DNA of 64,000 nucleotides from a virus, in the IMG/VR virus record IMGVR_UViG_3300023179_000016, positions 64,001-128,000 of that record; one strand, given 5' to 3'. The notes beneath the pieces were generated by a model, which saw nothing but the letters and a program-made list of their open reading frames with translations, searched no databases and was not told the origin of the DNA. Positions 40,247 through 49,400 of the stretch are shown piece after piece; positions within the stretch are counted from its first letter, which is position 1, and the number at the start of each line of letters is the position of its first letter. A program made the translations under genes and the position numbers.

Positions 40247-42970
40247 ATGCCAATAACTACCGATCTAAATAAAAAAAGCAATGTGCGGTTCAATTCGGCA
40301 GCAGATTTGAGTGCAAATCTTAGTCAGCCAGTTATAGCTCGTTATAATGCTATCTCTACAGCCGGTCAAACTACCATATCTCTCCCATTCTTAGTGGATC
40401 AATCTAATACCGACGCATGCTTTGTCTTTGTAAACGGTCAGAAACTCACGATCGGTTCATCTAATGACTATATATTTTCTGCGATAGATGGGGCAAATTC
40501 GTCATCGTTGATCACTTTAAGCTCTGCTCTTACCGCGGGACTAAATATTGAAGTATTCAAGATGGGTCTCAAGAGAGAAATTGAGTTTCAGACTGACTCT
40601 CGCTTCACGCAGATGTATGATCTATATGGTGCCGGCTTTCAAGGTTTCGTAGATGAGAGTTCTCGCCTAACTGCGACAAGCGGCACACCAACATCTACGC
40701 AATTTAAATCTACCGTAATTAACCGCGCATCTATCCCAGATATAGCAAACGATCTAAAAGCTAGAATTGGCATAGAAAGAATAATAACCCAGCAAATATA
40801 TCAGATACAAAATGAGTTTGGACCAAATGGTGAACCCGTATGGGGAGCATTAAATGACGATCGCGGGTTGATAAGATTTGTCGGAAATTGGTTCAATCAA
40901 AATGATAATTATGGCATTCGCGCATATTCTTCTAACAGCACATCTGATTACGTAGAGATTACATTTTACGGGACAGGGTTGAATCTATTGCATGTTGCAA
41001 ATCCGACAGGTTATGCGTATGCTGTCTCTATTGACAACAATATAGGTGTATCAGAAACTACATATGTCACTCCAACTACCACATCAAATATTCTTGGAGT
41101 GAGAAATTACTCCTCTAATCAACAAATAAATGTAGGATTGGGTTTGACACTTGGTCTTCACACTGTAAGAATAAGAAATGCCACAACTACAAGTTCTAGT
41201 ATTAACTGCTATGGTTTTGAAGTTTTAAATGAATCCTCAAGCGTTAATGTGCGGCCTGGCATAGCTTATCAAAACAATAAAAAAGTAGTCTCAAGTGCTG
41301 TAAACTCTATTGCATATAATTCTGTAGCCACTGGCACTAAAGGTGGACGCGTTCTTGTATATCAGAAATCAGACGGCACTGTAGGCCAGAGTTGGCAAGC
41401 GGTAGATTCTGGTTCTCCACTTTATCTCACTAATGCTAACCATACCAATGAAGAGGTAGTTAGAGCATATCATTTGCGCGAATTTGGTGCCGGTAGGGGT
41501 TCTAACGTATCCAATAACTTCACCGGAGATGATTTTAGTACGCTTACCTCTAGCGTTTCGAGTAGGGCATTTACATTAGATGATGGAACTACTACTCTTG
41601 CCGGTAATGCTGTAAATACAAATCAAGGATCAGGGCTTCCAGAAGGACTTTATTTGAACGCTTCGGGTAGTTTTTGGACTTTTACTTTTATTGGTACTGG
41701 TATAGATATAGTTCAATATGACTCAGGTTCAGGAACAGATACTACGTTGCAGATGACTATAGATGGCAGTTCAGTTGGAACTTATACTACTGGAAGCACA
41801 TCTATGAGAACGGTAAAAATCGCATCTGGACTATCTTATGGAACACATGTGTTAAGGTTGACTAGAGCCGCAGGTAGTACTCTAATTCCCACCGTTGTTA
41901 GATTTATTGTATATCAACCTAAAAAACCTTCTTTACCTTCCGGCGCAGTAGAGCTTGCTGATTACAACGTGATGGCTGATTATGTTCTTAATTCAACTGC
42001 CAACGTATTAAATTTAGGTACAGGGGTCTTAAGAAAAGTTATTACTAGAGAAGCCACATATGTTGGAACTTGGTCTATATCTTCCGTTGCGACAAGTGAA
42101 ATAAGTGGTTTTTCTACTAATTCTTCTACTACTGGGGACTATGTACAGTTTGTTTTTTTTGGTACGGGGTTTGAATATAGGTTTTCGACTGACGCATCTA
42201 CGCCTACTTGGCGGATTACAATAGATGGATCGTTTAACCTATCAACTTCTAACTCTTCTCCTGTAGGTGGTGCTGGATGGAGTGGCGCGGTATCGGCAGA
42301 TACCAATAAATATGGAACCGGTATATCCACATGGACATCTAGCAGTGGAACATTGGTATTAGCAGCTTCTGCTAGCAATAGCAATGGCATAAGAGTTAAC
42401 GGATTATCTATAGGTCTTCATACTGTTAAAATTGAAAAGACAGCAGGCACTGGCAATATTTATAATACAGGTTTTGATATTGTCACGCCTATTCATTCTC
42501 ATAAGCCTAATTTATACGCTGATATACAAAACACCTTACTAATTGGATCTCAGGGTATTACCGACAATAGAAGATTTACTCCGATTAAAGAAGCCCTGCC
42601 TTCTCAGAAATCTTGGGTTCAGGCAGTTGGTGTTACAGCTAATCCTACAACCACTGTCTCTTCATATGTTCCGTGCCCCGACATGAGTGTTACTATAAAA
42701 ACTAATGGACAGCCTATACAGATACAATATTCGATCTCTATAACTAACAATGGGGGCTCATATTCTGCCTTTAGAGTTTACGTTGATGGTATTGCCGTTG
42801 GAGTTAGAAAAGGTGCGCATACAGGGTCAGGATTAAACACGAATCTTGGCGATACAATAATCGTTCCTGTGTCTGCAGGCACGCATAAAGTAGATATTTA
42901 TTGGTTAACTTTTGGTAACATATTAACTGCAGAAACTATAGATAGAGGTCTCATAGTACGAGAACTTTAA
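40247..42970 (+). CDS. Tail fibre/receptor-binding protein, paralogous to the C-terminal ~800 aa of 31035..39281
   Basis: Shared blocks QGFVDESS, NRASIPD.ANDLK, GEPVWG.LNDDR, FTLDDG, FIVYQPKKP. Confidence 0.75.
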   Translation: MPITTDLNKKSNVRFNSAADLSANLSQPVIARYNAISTAGQTTISLPFLVDQSNTDACFVFVNGQKLTIGSSNDYIFSAIDGANSSSLITLSSALTAGLNIEVFKMGLKREIEFQTDSRFTQMYDLYGAGFQGFVDESSRLTATSGTPTSTQFKSTVINRASIPDIANDLKARIGIERIITQQIYQIQNEFGPNGEPVWGALNDDRGLIRFVGNWFNQNDNYGIRAYSSNSTSDYVEITFYGTGLNLLHVANPTGYAYAVSIDNNIGVSETTYVTPTTTSNILGVRNYSSNQQINVGLGLTLGLHTVRIRNATTTSSSINCYGFEVLNESSSVNVRPGIAYQNNKKVVSSAVNSIAYNSVATGTKGGRVLVYQKSDGTVGQSWQAVDSGSPLYLTNANHTNEEVVRAYHLREFGAGRGSNVSNNFTGDDFSTLTSSVSSRAFTLDDGTTTLAGNAVNTNQGSGLPEGLYLNASGSFWTFTFIGTGIDIVQYDSGSGTDTTLQMTIDGSSVGTYTTGSTSMRTVKIASGLSYGTHVLRLTRAAGSTLIPTVVRFIVYQPKKPSLPSGAVELADYNVMADYVLNSTANVLNLGTGVLRKVITREATYVGTWSISSVATSEISGFSTNSSTTGDYVQFVFFGTGFEYRFSTDASTPTWRITIDGSFNLSTSNSSPVGGAGWSGAVSADTNKYGTGISTWTSSSGTLVLAASASNSNGIRVNGLSIGLHTVKIEKTAGTGNIYNTGFDIVTPIHSHKPNLYADIQNTLLIGSQGITDNRRFTPIKEALPSQKSWVQAVGVTANPTTTVSSYVPCPDMSVTIKTNGQPIQIQYSISITNNGGSYSAFRVYVDGIAVGVRKGAHTGSGLNTNLGDTIIVPVSAGTHKVDIYWLTFGNILTAETIDRGLIVREL

Positions 42971-43058
42971 TAAGCATTTATGACTAAAATTTTAAATAAT
43001 TATATTAAGACAACATATCTACACAGTTATAAATCTAAGAATTAGGTAACCATAACAT

Positions 43059-45752
43059 ATGGCAATAACAAATTTAAATTACGGTTCGTTAGCTTCTCCT
43101 ACGCAGCAAAAATTTACTATAACCGGTTCGGGTACATACTACACACCGCCTAATTGTCTATATATACGTGTGAGAATGGTCGGCGGCGGCGGTGGTGGCG
43201 CGGGCGGTGGTGGTGGTTCCGCTGGAAGCGGCGGCTCGGGTGGTAACACTACTTTCGGTTCATCCTTGCTTACAGCTAACGGAGGAACGGGCGGCGCACC
43301 GGCTGCTACTAGCGGCGTTGCTGGTGGTGGTGGCGCGACAATTAACTCTCCCGCCTATGGATCGGCACTCGGTGGTGGTGCGGGGTCTGGAGGAAATAGT
43401 TATCTTGTGGCCGGTTATGCTGCCGGTATGTCTGGCGGCGTCAATCCACTCGGTGGGGCCGGCGCGTCAGCGGCCAACGCTGCTGGCGGGGCTGCGGCGA
43501 CTAATAGCGGCGCGGGCGGCGGCGGTGGTGGTAGTAACCAGTCGGGCGGCGGAACAGGCGGTGGCGGTGGTGCCGGCGGTTATATTGAGGCAATCATTCC
43601 CAGTCCTTCGACGACCTATTCTTATTCGATTGGAACAGGAGGAACAGCGGGGACAGCCGGAACCAACGGATTTGTTGGCGGTGCTGGCGGTTCTGGTGTA
43701 ATTATAGTCGATGAATTCTATACCTTTACCGGTGGAGTTTCTAGTGGAACTACTGTAGTAGGTTCAGGTCTTAAAAATTATCTTGCTTCTGTTACAACGT
43801 CAAATGGTGCAAATTCTCTATCTGGTAATTTTGAAGGCGGTTCGACAGCCTCATTCTCTCTAGCAAATACAGCACTATCTTCACAGTTGGCTCCTACATC
43901 TGTTGCTTCAGCCGGTATAGAATTTAGTTCTTCTAACGGCGGTACCAATGCTAATGCAAATCTTAGCCTAAGTTCTACTGGTGCTAATCAACTTACAGGT
44001 CTATATTCTGCATTATTGTCTTCTAGTGCTTCATCTACTGCAGGCAATATGTTAGTGTCTAAAGCTTTTTACATAGACAAGAGCGATCAGGCAAAAATAT
44101 TGCAGATAAGTTTTAATTATAGCGTAATAAGCGGTGGAACTAATTTAGTTCTTTCGGGCACGTCGACGAACTCATTTGCAATATGGGCATATGACGTTAC
44201 AAATGCTGTATGGATACAGCCTGCAGGCGTATATAATATAACTCAAGGTACTGGTGTTGGGACATGCACGGCAACTTTTCAAACTACATCTAATAGTACT
44301 CAATATCAAATAGCGCTGATAAATGTAAATGCTACATCTGGGGCGTATACTTTAGCCTTAGATGAATTTTCTGTTGGACCGCAAATAAAGTCTATCGGTC
44401 CTGCCATGTCGGATTGGCAATCTTATACACCCGCATTTACAGCATCAACAGTTAATCCATCGCTTGGATCTGGCGGAAACTTTAATCAGCAAGGTCGCTG
44501 GCGACGTGTTGGCGATACCATGCAAGTGCAAGTTTCTCTAACTTGGGGAACTTCTGGTACTTCGTTCGGCACTGGGACTTATCGCATCGGATTGCCATCT
44601 GGTTATAGCATGGATACAGCCAAGATCGCGACATCCGGCCCAGGCGGTGTTGGCGTTTTGCAAGGACAGGCAGCCTATTGGGACGCTTCTCCAGGAACAG
44701 GAGCATCTGATCTCTTAGCGGTATATGATGGCTCGGGGACCGGCTATATATCTCTCTCGCGCCTTGGTGGCGGCAGTAACGTCAACCCGACGGCGCCTAT
44801 CACTTGGGCGAACGGGGACACGATCAACGCTGAGTTTTTCGTACCCATCGCGGGCTGGTCGTCCAATACGCTGATCTCCGACTCGGCGGATACGCGGGTG
44901 GTGGCGTTTAATGCCGCAAATACTTCAAATCAAGCGGTCACGGCGAGTGTCACAACGCTTGCTTTCCCTAATAACGTATCAGACAGCCATGGAGCATTCA
45001 GCGGAACCAATACCTACATCGTTCCAGTTCCGGGAGACTATGTAGTCAATGGGATCTTTGTAGTCATCGGAACGACAACTGATATCTACGTTTATCTAAA
45101 CGGTTCAAGCAGCGTGCACCTTGTCGGCGTTGCTAATACTTCCCAAGCATTTAATGGATCGGCCCTGCTTAGAAACCTAAAAGCAGGTGATGCAATTACT
45201 CTTCGCGCAAGCAGCAACACAACGATTGCCGGTTCCACCGATAATTGTAGGCTGCAAATTTACCGGCTCTCCGGCCCATCGCAGATCGCAGCGAGTGAGG
45301 TCATTGCATGCAGAGCCTATCTGAGCGCCGGTAAATCTATTTCAACGACAAACTTCAGCACGATTGCTTACGATGTAAAACTTTACGACACTCACAACAC
45401 CTATAACACAAGCACCGGCCTCTTTACTTGTCCTTCACCCGGCTACTATCGAGTCACCGCTGCGTTAGGGGCTGACGCGACTGCGGCAGCCAGACATTTT
45501 GAAATTCGCATTATTCAAAACGGCACATCTGCGACACCGCCAGTTGGCGGGACAATTCAAGCGATTGCAACCGGGACAAAGCCGTCAGGAACCACTTCTT
45601 ATCGTTTGAATGCAAACGGTACGGCAACATTTTTATGTAACACAGGCGACACGATTCAGGCGGCAGCAGCGGCCCATGACACGGCTTTTACGTCGGATTT
45701 CGGAAGCTATAACAACTCGATCATGATCGAGCGAATCGGCGGTGTGATGTAA
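43059..45752 (+). CDS. Tail fibre/receptor-binding protein with a Gly-rich domain and C1q-like C-terminal domains
   Basis: MVGGGGGG...GGSGVIIV Gly-rich domain; SDWQSYTP/WRRVGD module; YNTSTGLFTCPSPGYY C1q-like motif. Confidence 0.72.
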   Translation: MAITNLNYGSLASPTQQKFTITGSGTYYTPPNCLYIRVRMVGGGGGGAGGGGGSAGSGGSGGNTTFGSSLLTANGGTGGAPAATSGVAGGGGATINSPAYGSALGGGAGSGGNSYLVAGYAAGMSGGVNPLGGAGASAANAAGGAAATNSGAGGGGGGSNQSGGGTGGGGGAGGYIEAIIPSPSTTYSYSIGTGGTAGTAGTNGFVGGAGGSGVIIVDEFYTFTGGVSSGTTVVGSGLKNYLASVTTSNGANSLSGNFEGGSTASFSLANTALSSQLAPTSVASAGIEFSSSNGGTNANANLSLSSTGANQLTGLYSALLSSSASSTAGNMLVSKAFYIDKSDQAKILQISFNYSVISGGTNLVLSGTSTNSFAIWAYDVTNAVWIQPAGVYNITQGTGVGTCTATFQTTSNSTQYQIALINVNATSGAYTLALDEFSVGPQIKSIGPAMSDWQSYTPAFTASTVNPSLGSGGNFNQQGRWRRVGDTMQVQVSLTWGTSGTSFGTGTYRIGLPSGYSMDTAKIATSGPGGVGVLQGQAAYWDASPGTGASDLLAVYDGSGTGYISLSRLGGGSNVNPTAPITWANGDTINAEFFVPIAGWSSNTLISDSADTRVVAFNAANTSNQAVTASVTTLAFPNNVSDSHGAFSGTNTYIVPVPGDYVVNGIFVVIGTTTDIYVYLNGSSSVHLVGVANTSQAFNGSALLRNLKAGDAITLRASSNTTIAGSTDNCRLQIYRLSGPSQIAASEVIACRAYLSAGKSISTTNFSTIAYDVKLYDTHNTYNTSTGLFTCPSPGYYRVTAALGADATAAARHFEIRIIQNGTSATPPVGGTIQAIATGTKPSGTTSYRLNANGTATFLCNTGDTIQAAAAAHDTAFTSDFGSYNNSIMIERIGGVM

Positions 45753-46112
45753 TTAAAAAAGAAGCATATCGCCGACATCAATATATACTTGCGAGTCTAT
45801 GTTGTGAGATATAGCAAAACGAGAATTCCAAGTAATCGTGACTCCGCTCACGTTATTATCAGATGTCATGTGTATGTTGATCTTACATTTGGGGTCAATT
45901 ATGGACAGTCTTTCTAACAAAGATCTTTTAGCCATCATTAGCCAACTATCATCTGTCTTGATCAGATCGCCAGAATCTTCAAAGTTTCTAAAAAAATCAA
46001 AGACTGCCGCCCTATAGTCTTTAGGGTCTATAGAGTTTTCTTTCTTTTCTCTTCTGTCTTTTATCTTCTTGTCTATCTCATTTAATAGATTTGATTTAAT
46101 ACTTGGACTCAT
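45753..46112 (-). CDS. Hypothetical protein
   Basis: 119-aa ORF, ATGA-coupled; stop abuts the convergent fibre gene stop. Confidence 0.65.
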   Translation of the reverse strand: MSPSIKSNLLNEIDKKIKDRREKKENSIDPKDYRAAVFDFFRNFEDSGDLIKTDDSWLMMAKRSLLERLSIIDPKCKINIHMTSDNNVSGVTITWNSRFAISHNIDSQVYIDVGDMLLF

Positions 46113-46438
46113 GTGTTTACTCTAGATACAACTATATGATTACCAAATTTAATCGGTATCTTGTCGCCTATGTTTAATTTCATAGTGGTGCTATATGTAT
46201 AATTAGATACAGTTGTCGTGGGTGATGTATGTGCGCTATATGTCACGATATATTCGCCGCTCATAGGTACTTTATAATAATAAGTAGCTGGAAATTCCCC
46301 TATTACCTTTAAAGATCTAAGCAATTTAGATAGTCTCCAGGATTCGGTCAAAACTTCCATGCTTCCGGCTGTGACGCCGCCGTGTGTGTCTATTCCATAT
46401 CTACTATCAAAATAGATGGTGGTTCCCTTAGAAATCAT
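46109..46438 (-). CDS. Hypothetical protein
   Basis: 109-aa ORF, ATGA-coupled to the primase gene; motif LSKLLRSLKVI. Confidence 0.6.
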   Translation of the reverse strand: MISKGTTIYFDSRYGIDTHGGVTAGSMEVLTESWRLSKLLRSLKVIGEFPATYYYKVPMSGEYIVTYSAHTSPTTTVSNYTYSTTMKLNIGDKIPIKFGNHIVVSRVNT

Positions 46439-47310
46439 CGCGATGCTCCTTTTAAATTCTTCATGAAGACGCTAACTAAATATTGCGAATTGTTCTCTTT
46501 TAAGAGATCATTCCAGTCTTTATTAGTCTCTTCTGTGAGAGAATAATGAGTAATACAATTAAAATCTAACATCTTCTTAAGACCTTTTAGGCCAGCCTCA
46601 TCAGAGTCAAATGCAGATATTACTTTGTATCCCTTTTCTTTAAGTTCTTTAAGAGCGCCTGCTTGATGCTCGGATACGCCAGAGCCAGAAGAACAAATGA
46701 ACTTCCAGGGATTACGAGAAAAGCCATCATACTTAACATTAAACGCTTGTTGCAGAGATAGCGCGTTAAAATACCCTTCACAAACCACCACAGCTTTTAC
46801 ATGGGGCATCATCTTAGATTGATTCCACATGCCAAAAAGTAAACCTAAACGAGTACCTGGTAAAGTAGTAATCTTCCAAGGATCCCCGTCGCTATTTATT
46901 CTTTCTTCTATAAATCTTATCTGTGCACCGCAGAAATGATTTTCATAATAATACGGAAATACTATACCATCCATGTCTAAATCATAGTACATGTCGCCTT
47001 CTAGATTTAGACCTCTACTCTTTAGATATAATACACCGTTATTTGCCCTAGGATCTGACAAAGGTATGAAGGAACTTGGCCATGCCATTGCTCGGACCTC
47101 GTTGTCAGAATCCGTGGCAATTTCTATCCCTCCCTTAATAAACTCGTGTATGTCTATGCCAGCTGTCTCGCAATATTGCTCTAATGAATAGCCTCTCTGG
47201 CATTTTCCAGCACACCATGTCCACGGCAGATTTGTCTTTTCATCTATATGCCAGTATAAGCAATCGTTCTTTCTTCCACCTTTGCATATATAGCATTTCT
47301 TGCTTAACAT
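46435..47310 (-). CDS. DNA primase (Zn finger + TOPRIM)
   Basis: CYIC...WCAGKC; YLKSRGL; VVVCEGYFNA; FDSDEAG; KDWND. Confidence 0.88.
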   Translation of the reverse strand: MLSKKCYICKGGRKNDCLYWHIDEKTNLPWTWCAGKCQRGYSLEQYCETAGIDIHEFIKGGIEIATDSDNEVRAMAWPSSFIPLSDPRANNGVLYLKSRGLNLEGDMYYDLDMDGIVFPYYYENHFCGAQIRFIEERINSDGDPWKITTLPGTRLGLLFGMWNQSKMMPHVKAVVVCEGYFNALSLQQAFNVKYDGFSRNPWKFICSSGSGVSEHQAGALKELKEKGYKVISAFDSDEAGLKGLKKMLDFNCITHYSLTEETNKDWNDLLKENNSQYLVSVFMKNLKGASR

Positions 47311-47570
47311 AAGTCACCTAACACCTCATTTATCCCGGTAATTTCTGTATACCCATAAAACTTAATTAGATTATCTATATTCTTCTGAATGTTTGCATTT
47401 AAATTTTTTATATATGCCGCATAATAATATGCGGCAGCTATCACTGGTGCACCTGACGCTATCGATATAAGCGATATCAACTCTATATCATCTTTAGCAT
47501 AGGGATTATTCTTGCAGACAGATTCTGTTATCGTAGCTAAATGTCTATAACTTGTTAGATCTATTTTCAT
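47304..47570 (-). CDS. Hypothetical protein
   Basis: 88-aa ORF between helicase and primase, abutting both. Confidence 0.65.
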   Translation of the reverse strand: MKIDLTSYRHLATITESVCKNNPYAKDDIELISLISIASGAPVIAAAYYYAAYIKNLNANIQKNIDNLIKFYGYTEITGINEVLGDLC

Positions 47571-48584
47571 TTAATCTGGTTGTCCAAGCATGGCTTCAAG
47601 TTTATCTAGCTTCTCTTCTTGCTGCTTTAGCTTACCTCTTTTTTCTCGCTCTACTATCTCCTCCATCGAGATCTTCACATATCGACCCTTCTCGAAACCG
47701 CATACTATTTTGTTGCCGGCTCGACCAAATCGGTCTTTATGAATTATGAATTCAGACGTTTGAGCTTCAAAATTAGGGACCACTTCGATAATAACCGTCG
47801 CAGGTTCCACTATCGCAGTGCAATCTTTTATTCTAGTGTCTATATCTTTTGCACCGCCCTTTTTAGAGACAGAATACAGCTGAGCAAACAGCACTACCGG
47901 CATAGTAGAAGATTTTATATATTGACCCAACCATACTCTTATATCGTTTAGATTGTCATATGCAGTCTTTTTAGAATCTTTAAGAGAATATTTGATGAGT
48001 TGATAGTAGTCAATAAGAACACAGCTATAACTAGCTTCTTTCTTAACCGCTTCTAGTGCCTTTTTGATACCTTCAACTTTAGTAGTTAATCCATCTTTAT
48101 AGGTTACATCTATAACCTTTACATATTTTGTAATTTCTGGAAACAGATAGATTACTCTCTTTTGGTCTTCGATGGGCATATGGCCCTTCTTGTAATCGTT
48201 GAAATTTAATCCTAATTCTAGACATGCAATCCTGAATATGACATCGTGCTCAGATTCTTCATTAGAGAGCACAAGTGTCTTCTTATTCTGCTTCCACAGT
48301 GGATATGTTATGTTAGCAGCAACAGTAGATTTACCTGATCCTGTATAGGCACAGAACAGATATAGATTTTCTCTTGTAAATGGTATTGTAGCGCTAAGAG
48401 GCTCATTGATGAGCGTAATTCGCTCTTTGAGCATCTCGTTGTATCTATGGATGTTTGTCAACATCCCGCGCAATGAGTCTTTATCGCCAAAAGATTCGAT
48501 CTCATCTAAAGAAACTTCTAGATCTGAACCGTCTTTTTTAGATAACTTTAATTGGAGCTCAATTTGCTCCGCTGTCAGTTTCAT
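47571..48584 (-). CDS. DnaB-like (SF4) replicative helicase
   Basis: Walker A AYTGSGKS; LSNE; VLIDYYQLI; FAQL; KDRFG; GGAG RBS before ATG 48584. Confidence 0.88.
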   Translation of the reverse strand: MKLTAEQIELQLKLSKKDGSDLEVSLDEIESFGDKDSLRGMLTNIHRYNEMLKERITLINEPLSATIPFTRENLYLFCAYTGSGKSTVAANITYPLWKQNKKTLVLSNEESEHDVIFRIACLELGLNFNDYKKGHMPIEDQKRVIYLFPEITKYVKVIDVTYKDGLTTKVEGIKKALEAVKKEASYSCVLIDYYQLIKYSLKDSKKTAYDNLNDIRVWLGQYIKSSTMPVVLFAQLYSVSKKGGAKDIDTRIKDCTAIVEPATVIIEVVPNFEAQTSEFIIHKDRFGRAGNKIVCGFEKGRYVKISMEEIVEREKRGKLKQQEEKLDKLEAMLGQPD

Positions 48585-49104
48585 CTGTTTCTCCAAAAAC
48601 GTTTTTTATCATATCTTGTACATCAAGATTATACTGCTGCTGTCGCCATCTCTCTTCTAATTCTGATGTATCTAATACAGGGAACTGGTCTGCATATCGA
48701 CGCTGTGCTCGATATTCTGCAGCACTCATGTTTCCGTGAGAAGTTTCTTTCTTAGAATTTAGTTTAGCCGGAGATTTAAACAGTTCAAGAAATGTCAGTA
48801 GAGCAATATTATTTATGTTTTCGATCCATTGATCGGCAAACTCTTTTTCAGTTTTGTCGAAATTTGGTATGCATCTTTTGAAGGATTTATATGATTTTTT
48901 AATTATGTGGGTGTTTGGATGATGGGCCTTTATCGCCTTCTTAAGAAGCGAATCATATAGGTCGTCGAAGGTTGCGCCAGCCTCTTTCCAAGACTGGAAC
49001 AACTCCTCAAAGTTATTCTTCATATTCTTATGAGAGCGATCCTTAGTTGGAAGGAGGGCTATCCACTCATCTAAGATGATATCTAATAGTTTAGATTTTT
49101 CCAT
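48559..49104 (-). CDS. Hypothetical protein in the replication operon
   Basis: Track ORF 48559..49110, overlapping the helicase start. Confidence 0.65.
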   Translation of the reverse strand: MEKSKLLDIILDEWIALLPTKDRSHKNMKNNFEELFQSWKEAGATFDDLYDSLLKKAIKAHHPNTHIIKKSYKSFKRCIPNFDKTEKEFADQWIENINNIALLTFLELFKSPAKLNSKKETSHGNMSAAEYRAQRRYADQFPVLDTSELEERWRQQQYNLDVQDMIKNVFGETDETDSGAN

Positions 49105-49312
49105 GGCCAATCTCAGCGCCTGATTCGATACCGTCTATAATTTCACCAGTTTTTAGGTTAGTTATACGGATCTTAGCGGAGTTATTGACCTTATCTAAGA
49201 AGAGAAGTTCTAACTTATATTCGTCGTTTATTATGAATGGTCTAGCTCTACCCAACCACCAATAAAGACTAGTCTTAAGTTTACCAGCATACTCGTTAAA
49301 GGAATCAGACAT
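49091..49312 (-). CDS. Hypothetical protein
   Basis: GGAG RBS and TATAAT upstream of ATG 49312. Confidence 0.65.
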   Translation of the reverse strand: MSDSFNEYAGKLKTSLYWWLGRARPFIINDEYKLELLFLDKVNNSAKIRITNLKTGEIIDGIESGAEIGHGKI

Positions 49313-49400
49313 AAAATATTTCTCCAAATTATTGATTTATTATACTGATCGATAAAAATGAGTCAAATAAGGTATCTATTACCTTTAGTAGAATATACTC

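Noticed and set aside
36860-42970. Paralogous fibre segments as a DGR template/variable repeat pair or an invertible shufflon
   Set aside because: Differences are extensive and not adenine-specific, both copies are coding and in direct orientation, and no reverse transcriptase or invertase is in the window.
43192-43701. 169-aa overlapping + strand ORF
   Set aside because: Alternative-frame shadow of the GC-rich poly-Gly codon stretch, with no RBS or recognisable motif.
7390-45752. Extracellular contractile injection system or tailocin locus
   Set aside because: It is contiguous with phage-type primase, helicases, DnaE, SbcC and neck genes, with no bacterial housekeeping context.
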